Positions 8,270 through 15,683 of a DNA stretch of 20,000 bases are shown piece by piece. Made by a program: the position numbers and the translations under genes. Position 1 is the first letter of the stretch. Each line of letters starts with the position of its first letter. Below the pieces are notes generated by a model. It worked only from the letters and a program-made list of their open reading frames with translations, ran no database searches and was not told the origin of the DNA. Location: the IMG/VR virus record IMGVR_UViG_3300036712_000025. The stretch is one strand, 5' to 3'. Source of the stretch: an uncultured virus (IMG/VR IMGVR_UViG_3300036712_000025). Its lineage: Duplodnaviria > Heunggongvirae > Uroviricota > Caudoviricetes.

Positions 8270-8745
8270 TCGAGCACCGGAAGAGCGGGGATGACGTAGG
8301 GTTTCGGGGTGCCGGGCAGGTTGGCTGGGTTCTGCTCGTCTTCGTGGTAGGCCTGCTCCACGATCTCGTTGTCGATCTCACCCTGCCGCATCATCTGCTC
8401 GAGTACCTCTCTGTTGACTTCGTAGATGACACGTTCGGTGAGGACCAGGTCCGACTGCTCGGCAGGCAGTGCCTTGGCCAGGTGGTCGGCATCGTAGTAC
8501 CGCTTCCACTTCTTCTGGGCACCGAGGCCGTCGATGATCAGCTTGTCCTGGTCCAGGCTGCGCAGCTCGCTCTTGATGGCGCGCATGGCCTGGTCCAGCG
8601 TCTGGTTGTGCTCCTTGACGAGGTGCTCGTGCTCGAGCATGATCTCCCGAATCTCCGGGTCGGATAGGAAATCGAGCAGAGCGTCCTTCGCCTCGTGGAA
8701 GGCGCGCACGGCCCTCTGGGCCACGGTCTCCCTGTCATTCGACAT
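8266..8745 (-). CDS. Hypothetical protein with a helical/coiled-coil N-terminus (159 aa)
   Basis: GAGGAG RBS; coupled within the operon. Confidence 0.8.
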   Translation of the reverse strand: MSNDRETVAQRAVRAFHEAKDALLDFLSDPEIREIMLEHEHLVKEHNQTLDQAMRAIKSELRSLDQDKLIIDGLGAQKKWKRYYDADHLAKALPAEQSDLVLTERVIYEVNREVLEQMMRQGEIDNEIVEQAYHEDEQNPANLPGTPKPYVIPALPVLE

Positions 8746-9421
8746 CGGCTAGCTCCTCTCGGTTGGGGCGAGGGGTCCCGTAGTAGCCCTCGCGCAGGTA
8801 GTCGATCACGTTGCAGGCCAGTACCCAGTCCTGCATGGTCTTGCCCCACGGTCCCTCCTTCCGGATGTCGTGGGTACGGTTGAGGAAAGCGGTGTGGTAC
8901 ATGGGGAGCACCGCGTATCTGATCTCCGTGTGCCGCCCCTCCATGTGGAGGGTCTGCATGCGACCACGGATGCTCGCCATGGTCGGCGCCTTGCCCAGCA
9001 ACACCTGCAGGGGCACCTTGCCGATTGTGATGATCAACAGTGGGTCCACCTGGTAGATGATCTCCATCAGGCGGGGCTTGCAGGCCAACCGCTCGTCCTT
9101 GCTGGGCGGGCGGTTGTCGGTCCGCATCTCCCCGGTGCGGTCGTCGATGGACTCCAGGATAGGTCGGCAGCCTACTACGTTGGTCACGTAGAGGTCCTCC
9201 TCCCGGTTCAGGCCCACCGTCTCCAGGAACTGGTCGAGTATCTGCCCGGCGACCCCGATGAAGGGCCGGCCGGTATTGTCCTCGTTCTCACCAGGTCCCT
9301 CACCTACCACCAAGATGTCGGCATTGGGGTTGCCGCCGCCAAAGACGACGCTCTTCCTGGTCTTGGATAGCTCACACCGGTTGCAGTTGATCCATTCGTC
9401 CTTGAGGTCCCGCAGGTTCAT
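8735..9421 (-). CDS. Uracil-DNA glycosylase family 4 (4Fe-4S type), 228 aa
   Basis: CNRCELSKTRKSVVFG; VGEGPGENED..GRPFIG; TNVVGCRP; LACKP; MYHTAFL; true ATG 9421 overlaps the upstream TGA. Confidence 0.92.
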   Translation of the reverse strand: MNLRDLKDEWINCNRCELSKTRKSVVFGGGNPNADILVVGEGPGENEDNTGRPFIGVAGQILDQFLETVGLNREEDLYVTNVVGCRPILESIDDRTGEMRTDNRPPSKDERLACKPRLMEIIYQVDPLLIITIGKVPLQVLLGKAPTMASIRGRMQTLHMEGRHTEIRYAVLPMYHTAFLNRTHDIRKEGPWGKTMQDWVLACNVIDYLREGYYGTPRPNREELADVE

Positions 9422-9816
9422 AGCTTCAGGCCGTCTGCGTTGATGTTGCCTGCCAGCGTGATCCCTGCCCTCTCGGCGCGGTGCTTGAGTTCCGCACCGT
9501 CGCACTTCTCGATCTGCCCCAGGAGTACGCCGTAGCCTTCCTTGTCCTCGTCCGGCCAGAACCAGGAGACCGGTCTGATGACCATGCGGATCCCACCGCG
9601 GCTGATGCTGACAGGCGTCAGCATGTTGCTCTGGTTCACACCTTGGGGTGTGGGCAGGACGATCGTCCGCATGGCCCTCGTCTCGGTCAGGGTCAGCTCT
9701 CGTCCCGCACGCAGGTTCTCGCGGATCTCTACTTCGTCCAGGTCGGTCTTCCCCACGTAGAAGATCTGAGGTGTGCCGTCGGACACCATGATCCACCGCT
9801 CTTTCCGTTCAGTCAT
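9418..9816 (-). CDS. Hypothetical protein (132 aa)
   Basis: GAGGAGG RBS; overlaps both neighbours. Confidence 0.8.
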   Translation of the reverse strand: MTERKERWIMVSDGTPQIFYVGKTDLDEVEIRENLRAGRELTLTETRAMRTIVLPTPQGVNQSNMLTPVSISRGGIRMVIRPVSWFWPDEDKEGYGVLLGQIEKCDGAELKHRAERAGITLAGNINADGLKL

Positions 9817-11260
9817 TGACCACCTCCTCGGTGTAGGGGCGGAGCACCTGGAATTCCAGAGGCCCGCCCTGCTCCTCCGGCCAGTTCTTGAGTTGTCGCT
9901 TGAGGGTGCTGCACATCCGGTGGAGTTTGGGGATGTAGATGAAGTCGAGGATCACCACCACTGGTGTCTTCTTGCCTTCCCTGAACCGTTGGATCCTACC
10001 CATCCCCTGCTGGAGGGTATTGAACCCTCCCTCTTCTACCGCCGAACTGCCGAAAGCGGTCAGGAAGAACAGCGTGTCCAGCGTGTCCTCGTCCAGCGCC
10101 TCCTTCACCAGCTGGAGTGTTCCGAAGCTAAGTTGTTTGGTGCGTAACGTGACCAGGCGCGCATCTGGTTTCTCCCTTCCCGTGCAGAGTCCTGAGTCCT
10201 CAAACAACTCGTTGAGGTTCCGTAGTTGCTGGACGCTATGACTGAGCGCCAGCACCTTCCGTCCAGCCTCGAGAGGCTTGGCGAGCTTGGTGGCGATGAA
10301 CTCGTTGCACTCGGGGAGACTCCCGAGATAGTTGCGCAACCTGGGTATGCTGAGTCTTCCAGCCTTGTCGTACACCTCCCGGATCACCTCGGGGTCCCGA
10401 GTGTCGATACGGATGGGGCACTGCTGGAAGTAGATCCTCGGCTTCATGTCTTGGGAGAGGTTGCTGTGGTAGGCCTCTCCCACGTGATATTGGTAGACGG
10501 ACTCGAGTCCGTCCTCTCTGTTGACCGTGGCCGTCAGGCCATGGCGCTCTCCGAAGAAGAGCGGCGCCGTCTGAACGAACAGCGGCGCGGATAGGTGGTG
10601 AACCTCATCGTAGATCACGAGGCCGAAGTAGCGGTCCATGCCTGGGGGAAGCTCCTCATGACGGAGCGCCAAGGAGTGGATCATGGCGAGACAGATACCA
10701 CGACCTTCCCAGTCCCAGGTGTCAGGCGGTCCCTGGATGATGCCCACGCCTCCGGGCACTTCCAGGAACTCCTCGATGCGGTCCCGCCACTGGTTGATCA
10801 ACGTGGTGTTGTTGACCACTACCAGGGCTGGGATCTTGCGGTGTGCGATGTGATGGAGCGCGACGATGGTCTTGCCTTTGCCGCAGGCCAGGTTCAGGAG
10901 GCCCCCGGTGGCCCGCTGCATGTCGGCGAAGGCGTCGTGCTGGGTCGTCTTCTCGGGCTCCAAGAAGTCCAGGGTGATCTTGCTCTCGAAGTCCACCGGC
11001 GGGAACGTGGTAGGTCCCGCGTTGATGATCGGGAAGTCCAGTCTCGCGTACTCCACGCGGTTCAGGAACTCCCTCGGAACGATTAGATGCTCCCCATCAT
11101 CGAACCAGAGCTGCAGGTAGCTCATGCCCTGGTCGTCTATAATGGGGAACTCCAATCCGGCCTTGATCGCCCTGGTGTTGATGCGTCGTTTCGGAAGCCA
11201 GAGCTGGCGACCGAAATATCCCTTGTCGGGATCTTTCCTGATCAGGCGGTAGGTCGCCAT
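9809..11260 (-). CDS. Superfamily 2 DNA helicase (UvsW/XPB-like DExH)
   Basis: LACGKGKT; YDEVHH; GLTAT; QQGMGRIQR; AGGAGG RBS. Confidence 0.9.
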   Translation of the reverse strand: MATYRLIRKDPDKGYFGRQLWLPKRRINTRAIKAGLEFPIIDDQGMSYLQLWFDDGEHLIVPREFLNRVEYARLDFPIINAGPTTFPPVDFESKITLDFLEPEKTTQHDAFADMQRATGGLLNLACGKGKTIVALHHIAHRKIPALVVVNNTTLINQWRDRIEEFLEVPGGVGIIQGPPDTWDWEGRGICLAMIHSLALRHEELPPGMDRYFGLVIYDEVHHLSAPLFVQTAPLFFGERHGLTATVNREDGLESVYQYHVGEAYHSNLSQDMKPRIYFQQCPIRIDTRDPEVIREVYDKAGRLSIPRLRNYLGSLPECNEFIATKLAKPLEAGRKVLALSHSVQQLRNLNELFEDSGLCTGREKPDARLVTLRTKQLSFGTLQLVKEALDEDTLDTLFFLTAFGSSAVEEGGFNTLQQGMGRIQRFREGKKTPVVVILDFIYIPKLHRMCSTLKRQLKNWPEEQGGPLEFQVLRPYTEEVVND

Positions 11261-11270
11261 GCGCCCTCCT

Positions 11271-11297
11271 AATTGTTAGGCACCGTGCCTAACAATT
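11271..11297. repeat. Perfect 13-bp inverted repeat AATTGTTAGGCAC-C-GTGCCTAACAATT abutting the helicase RBS
   Basis: Read directly. Confidence 0.9.
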
Positions 11298-11347
11298 CCC
11301 AAGTGGTTGGTTTTGTTGAAGTTCGTTTCGTAGCTGATCAAAGGCAC

Positions 11348-11371
11348 GGGCTTACCTGCTCAGGTAAGCCC
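11348..11371. repeat. Perfect 11-bp inverted repeat GGGCTTACCTG-CT-CAGGTAAGCCC at the predicted transcription start
   Basis: Read directly. Confidence 0.9.
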
Positions 11372-11401
11372 ATTTTATACATACGCTGTCTGCCCCGTCA
11401 A
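11372..11401 (-). promoter_or_regulatory. Putative sigma70-type promoter of the replication operon (TTGACG-N16-TATAAA or N18-TAAAAT)
   Basis: Near-consensus hexamers in a GC-rich genome, upstream of the SF2 helicase. Confidence 0.6.
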
Positions 11402-11727
11402 CGGATTCTGTAGCGCCGCCAGAACTGCCAGGCCTCATGGAAGACGCCCCGCAGGCCGCCGGCAACGCAGTCCTTGGCGAACCTCTCGATCGGTTTCTCG
11501 TGGTCTCCCACGATGCCCGGCTCGTACTCGGCGGCGTCCACGTTCTCGTCCCTGTAGCGTGGACGAGCCACTGGGGCGCTGGAGCCATAGTGCCTGGTCT
11601 TGTTGATCTCAGATCTGCAGGAGTGCTTGAACCTGCACTCGGCGCACTCCGGGTCGTGGAGATCGTAGCTTCTGGCGTTGCCCCAGCAGTTGGGGCGGTG
11701 TTCGCCAACGTGATCTGCGTAGCCCAA
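11398..11727 (-). CDS. Small Cys-rich protein (CWG...EC..C...SC; probable metal binding), 109 aa
   Basis: TTG start with AGGAGG RBS; four-Cys cluster. Confidence 0.75.
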   Translation of the reverse strand: MGYADHVGEHRPNCWGNARSYDLHDPECAECRFKHSCRSEINKTRHYGSSAPVARPRYRDENVDAAEYEPGIVGDHEKPIERFAKDCVAGGLRGVFHEAWQFWRRYRIR

Positions 11728-11770
11728 AAGATCCTCCTATCGGCTAGTTTGGTGCCCTGAGTTCGGAAGT

Positions 11771-11796
11771 CTTATAACAGCACCTCTTGATTTTTT
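11771..11796 (-). promoter_or_regulatory. Candidate phage-specific promoter AAAAAAT-N11-GTTATAAG
   Basis: The same GTTATAAG core recurs at 19025-19032 in an equivalent position. Confidence 0.5.
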
Positions 11797-11803
11797 GCTT
11801 GGG

Positions 11804-11833
11804 TTGACCCCACGGTGGGGAGAGACGTAGTAT
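11804..11833 (+). promoter_or_regulatory. Putative sigma70-type promoter TTGACC-N18-TAGTAT for the head gene block
   Basis: Hexamers read directly upstream of the AGGAG RBS and ATG 11857. Confidence 0.45.
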
Positions 11834-11856
11834 CATTGGGGATCACAGGAGCAACT

Positions 11857-13125
11857 ATGCACAGCGGAGCGATCATCGATTTCTACGATGACCCACAGGG
11901 TCTTGTCCTGAAAGAAAAGCTGGCGGCCGATCAGGTCCCGGACTTCATCAAGGAAGCGCAGTTCCTGGACGAGAGCCACCGCTCCCGCCTCCCGGACGAC
12001 GTGTTCGCTCTGGTCATGCTGGACCAGGGAGCCCCCATGCGGAAGTACGCCTGCACCGACAAGGGGAACACGGCCCTCAGCGTGATCTACCTCATGGAGA
12101 ACCACCACAAGCTGCCGGAGTCCGCCGTGAAGACGGCCGCGGTCAATCTGTTGACCGCGTGTGGGTGGCACCATCTCGAGCCACCGGTCGGCCTCAAGAA
12201 GCTGGCCTTCGGTGCGGTGGGCAAGCTGCTCAACATCGGCGGCAGCGCCATGCATATGGGCGACGTGGTGAGTCGTGGTGCCCAGAGGCACGCCAACAAG
12301 ATGCGCGGTCTCGGCAAGTTCGGTGACCTGGCCGGGTCCAACGTCATGCCCAACCAGTCCACCAAGGAGGACGAGGACACGAAGGCGCAGGAGAAGACCG
12401 CCGCCTTCCAGCCCTACGTGGATGTCACCGGCATGGAGCCACCCCCGAGGATCGAGAAGCGGGCCAGCGAGCGGTTCTGCCTGGTGAAGGAGGGCCGTGG
12501 GCAGTACCCGATCGACACCTACGGGGAGGTGATGGAGGCGCAGCAGTGGTTCAACGACTACGGCGACACCCTCCACCCGGAGGACCGACGGGAGTTCTGC
12601 ACCAAGCTGGCCTCCCGGGCTGACGAGATCGGCCTCTCGGTCATCGATCGGATTCGGAAGTATGCCGGCGCCAACTACGCCCCGGACGGTGAGATCAAGG
12701 TCGGTGTTTCCACCAGGATGCAGTTCTGGGCGGACGACGCGCCGGAGCGGGACATGCTCCAGGGCCTGATGGACAAGTACGCCGAGATCTCTCCCGACGT
12801 TTTCTGTCAGGCGCTTCGCGAGTTCGATGAGGCCACAGGCCTCGATCACTACTGGGACACCGGGATCTACGATCCCTACTACACCACCTTCGGCTTCGAG
12901 AAGACGGCCGAGTGGACCTTCGAGCACATGAGCGACCGAATCACGGAAGAGCGGTTGCGTCATGTGGTCCACGCCAGCTATCCTGCGATCGTCGAGAAGT
13001 TCGGGGAGGAGCTGGCGGACTCGCTGAAGAAGAACCCGACAACGATTTTCGATTCCCTCCCGCTGGATGCCAAGCGTATCATCATGCGGATGGCGAACGA
13101 TCCACAACTAACCTTCCGTCACTAG
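11857..13125 (+). CDS. Putative head/prohead-associated protein with two DUF6582-like repeats (422 aa)
   Basis: LPDDVFAL...RKYAC and QYPIDT...AQQWF...HPEDRREFCTKLASRADEIG; several K-x-A motifs; AGGAG RBS; same block as the portal. Confidence 0.6.
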   Translation: MHSGAIIDFYDDPQGLVLKEKLAADQVPDFIKEAQFLDESHRSRLPDDVFALVMLDQGAPMRKYACTDKGNTALSVIYLMENHHKLPESAVKTAAVNLLTACGWHHLEPPVGLKKLAFGAVGKLLNIGGSAMHMGDVVSRGAQRHANKMRGLGKFGDLAGSNVMPNQSTKEDEDTKAQEKTAAFQPYVDVTGMEPPPRIEKRASERFCLVKEGRGQYPIDTYGEVMEAQQWFNDYGDTLHPEDRREFCTKLASRADEIGLSVIDRIRKYAGANYAPDGEIKVGVSTRMQFWADDAPERDMLQGLMDKYAEISPDVFCQALREFDEATGLDHYWDTGIYDPYYTTFGFEKTAEWTFEHMSDRITEERLRHVVHASYPAIVEKFGEELADSLKKNPTTIFDSLPLDAKRIIMRMANDPQLTFRH

Positions 13126-13134
13126 GAGAGGATC

Positions 13135-13890
13135 ATGGCAAGAGAGAGCAAAGCATTTGGCAGCCAGCGCGGCCAGAAGGAGCACCTGACCAAGGGCAAG
13201 GGCGGCGTGGCCGGCGAGGTGGAGGACCTCCGCAACGATGTGGAGGAGGGCTTCCAGAACTTCGAGGCCCGCATCGGTTATCCCGAGCTGGACCTGCACG
13301 ACCAGTCGGTCAGCGACGTCGTGGCCGCCGGCGGTGACATCGTCCTCGTTGGCCGCGAGCTGTTGCAGGGCCAGACGTTCGACAAGATCAACATCACCGA
13401 GGGCACGGTCGACCTGCTGATCGAGATGTTGAAGCCCGGCAAGTCAAACGTCAGGGTGGTGTTCACGACTGGGGCGGGCGGTCTGGTCATCGACCTCACC
13501 AATGACCTCCTGACCATCGAGCTGCCGGCGGCGGGTCAGGACACCGTGGACAACATCGCCACGGCCATCAACGCCGACGGCGCCGATACCGAGGGCATCA
13601 TCCGTGCCAGCATGGTGGCTGGCACCGGCAACAACATCACCCAGGCAGGTCAGGGTACGGCCGAGATCCCTCTGGCTGGGGGAGACGGCGACTACGACTA
13701 CAACAAGGTCATGGTCGGTGGTCTCGAGGCTCTGCCCGCCAACGAGACGGGGACGACCAGCGTGGCGAAGTGGACCAACACCTCGCTCAAGGTCACGACG
13801 CAGGCCGTGGGTGCCGCCGCCGACCACGTGCAGATCACCGTGATGTCGGATGGGAAGAGGACGCAGGCTCTGACTGCAGTGCTCGCGTAG
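13135..13890 (+). CDS. Putative virion structural protein (beta-rich; G/T/A/V-rich; decoration or fibre-like)
   Basis: AGGAG RBS; composition; context. Confidence 0.55.
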   Translation: MARESKAFGSQRGQKEHLTKGKGGVAGEVEDLRNDVEEGFQNFEARIGYPELDLHDQSVSDVVAAGGDIVLVGRELLQGQTFDKINITEGTVDLLIEMLKPGKSNVRVVFTTGAGGLVIDLTNDLLTIELPAAGQDTVDNIATAINADGADTEGIIRASMVAGTGNNITQAGQGTAEIPLAGGDGDYDYNKVMVGGLEALPANETGTTSVAKWTNTSLKVTTQAVGAAADHVQITVMSDGKRTQALTAVLA

Positions 13891-13896
13891 TAGGGT

Positions 13897-14766
13897 GTGC
13901 CCACCCATGAGGAACAGCTGCTGGCCATCCTGGAGAAGGTTGGCCAGCCGGAGGAGATCTCCGCGGAGGTCCCCTCTGTCCTGGATGCCGACGCTCCAGA
14001 GGGCCCACATCTAGAGACGTCGGGCCCGTCGGAGGACCCGAACGACATCCCGGAGGACCTGGAAGGTCCGGACCAGGTTCTTGCGCCCATCACACGCAAG
14101 AACCTGTTCGTCCACCACGACACCCACCCAGTGATCTTCGACCTTGCCCTGCTGGCGGCCTACCAGACCGACTGGTTCGAGTGGGAGCCGGTGACGTTGT
14201 GGAAGGAGATCATGGAGGACTTCCGGGTCCCGTCCATCAGCGACCACGCCAAGGCCAAGATCCAGGCCATCAAGACCCTCCATATCAACGAGTGGTTCTT
14301 CACGAAGTGGGAGGTCTTCTGCTGGATCACCCAGGCCCTGAACAACAACCTGCCGGACTTCCAGGTGATCCAGAAGCCCTCCCTGGCCCAGCTGCTCAAT
14401 GCGGTGGACATCGCCACGATGGTGCGGAAGGACGTGGAGTTCTCACTGGAGACGCAGGACTGGGTGGCTGCGGCGGTGGTGGAGGAGGGGGTGTTCTACG
14501 CTCCCAAGCCCATCGAGTTCTGCCAAGACGAGATCGTAGAGCTGCTGGGGGAGCTGCAGGTCCCCAACTTCGGTCAGGTCATCGAGGCGGTGCGAGATCG
14601 CCTCCGTGAGATCATGAGCATCTCTTCGGAGGCGTGGGCCGCATCACCGGAGCCGATCCTTCAAGAGACGCAGGTGGACATCCAGGTAGCCAAACTGAAA
14701 GTGGCATGCGATTATCTAGCTTTGCGGCGGCGGCAGTTGAAGGAACAGCTGAGGCTCCTGAAATGA
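13897..14766 (+). CDS. Hypothetical phage protein, probably morphogenesis-related (289 aa)
   Basis: Long ORF with phage-like codon usage; ATGA-coupled to the next gene. Confidence 0.7.
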   Translation: MPTHEEQLLAILEKVGQPEEISAEVPSVLDADAPEGPHLETSGPSEDPNDIPEDLEGPDQVLAPITRKNLFVHHDTHPVIFDLALLAAYQTDWFEWEPVTLWKEIMEDFRVPSISDHAKAKIQAIKTLHINEWFFTKWEVFCWITQALNNNLPDFQVIQKPSLAQLLNAVDIATMVRKDVEFSLETQDWVAAAVVEEGVFYAPKPIEFCQDEIVELLGELQVPNFGQVIEAVRDRLREIMSISSEAWAASPEPILQETQVDIQVAKLKVACDYLALRRRQLKEQLRLLK

Positions 14767-15680
14767 GACACATCACCCCGCAGCACATGATCGGTTTCAC
14801 CGATGAGCTAACCAAGGAAGCCGGTATCACCGACTACTTGAAGCGGGCACGTGGTTTCCTTCAGAAGAACCAACCTCTGGCTCGGGGGATCGGGTGGGCC
14901 GGCAAAGAGCTGAAGGGTCAGTACGGGCGCCAGATGCTGTTGGGGTCTGGTCTTGGTGCGGCTGGCGGAGCAGCGGTGGCAGATCCCGACGAGGAAGGTG
15001 GGCGGCTGCGGGGTGCTCTGAAGGGGGCGCTCCTCGGCGGCGGTATCGCCGGTGGCCGCATCCTGGCGACCAAGGCAGGCCGTGAGGCAGCCAAGAAGGG
15101 CACCAGCCACTTCCTCCAGCGCCAGCGGTACGGGCTGACGGGCCGTGGTCTGGGGGACACGCCGACGGCGCAGCTGTCCAAGGCTAGGGAGATCGGACTG
15201 GTGGGCAAGGCGACGGAGGGCATGTCCCCCAAGGCCCTCAAGCGTCTCGCCGCTGAGGAGCACGCCTTCGGCAAGGGCTACATGTCCGTGCCGGGCGTAG
15301 CCCACGCCATGATGTCCAAGGACGCCCCAGATCTACTCCGCAGTGCATGGCAACGGAGCGGGATGTTGGGCAAGGGCTTCGCCGGCCTCGGCGCCTACCA
15401 GGGAATCAAAGGCTTCGCCGAGAAGCCGGAGGAGGGTGGTCCCGGCCGGCTCGAGAAGGGCATGCGTGGGCTGGGCAGCACGGTCGGTTGGCTGGTCGCT
15501 CCCGGCGGGTTGCTGGCTGGCCATCTCGTGGGCGAGGGCCTCGGCAAGGTGACCGGCACGGTCGGCAAGGGCGGCGACATCGCTGCCCAGGTGATCAAGC
15601 AGCGGAGGGCACAGCAGGCTGCCCAACGTGCCCCCCAAGCCGGTGCGTACGGTCAGAATCCTTGGTCTCGTGGAGGGTAA
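14763..15680 (+). CDS. Gly/Ala-rich basic protein with glycine-zipper hydrophobic segments (candidate internal virion/ejection protein), 305 aa
   Basis: ATG 14763 overlaps the upstream TGA; N-terminal GFTDELTKEAG; segments LLGSGLGAAGGAAVA and GALKGALLGGGIAGG. Confidence 0.6.
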   Translation: MRHITPQHMIGFTDELTKEAGITDYLKRARGFLQKNQPLARGIGWAGKELKGQYGRQMLLGSGLGAAGGAAVADPDEEGGRLRGALKGALLGGGIAGGRILATKAGREAAKKGTSHFLQRQRYGLTGRGLGDTPTAQLSKAREIGLVGKATEGMSPKALKRLAAEEHAFGKGYMSVPGVAHAMMSKDAPDLLRSAWQRSGMLGKGFAGLGAYQGIKGFAEKPEEGGPGRLEKGMRGLGSTVGWLVAPGGLLAGHLVGEGLGKVTGTVGKGGDIAAQVIKQRRAQQAAQRAPQAGAYGQNPWSRGG

Positions 15681-15683
15681 CCC

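Noticed and set aside
9422..9796. Apparent 125-aa N-terminal extension of UDG
   Set aside because: Overlaps the real 9418-9816 gene in another frame; UDG starts at the coupled ATG 9421
11348..11378. IR followed by ATTTTAT as a plus-strand terminator
   Set aside because: No plus-strand gene upstream and only a 2-nt spacer; the T tract is better explained as the minus-strand -10 element, although an antisense terminator is not excluded
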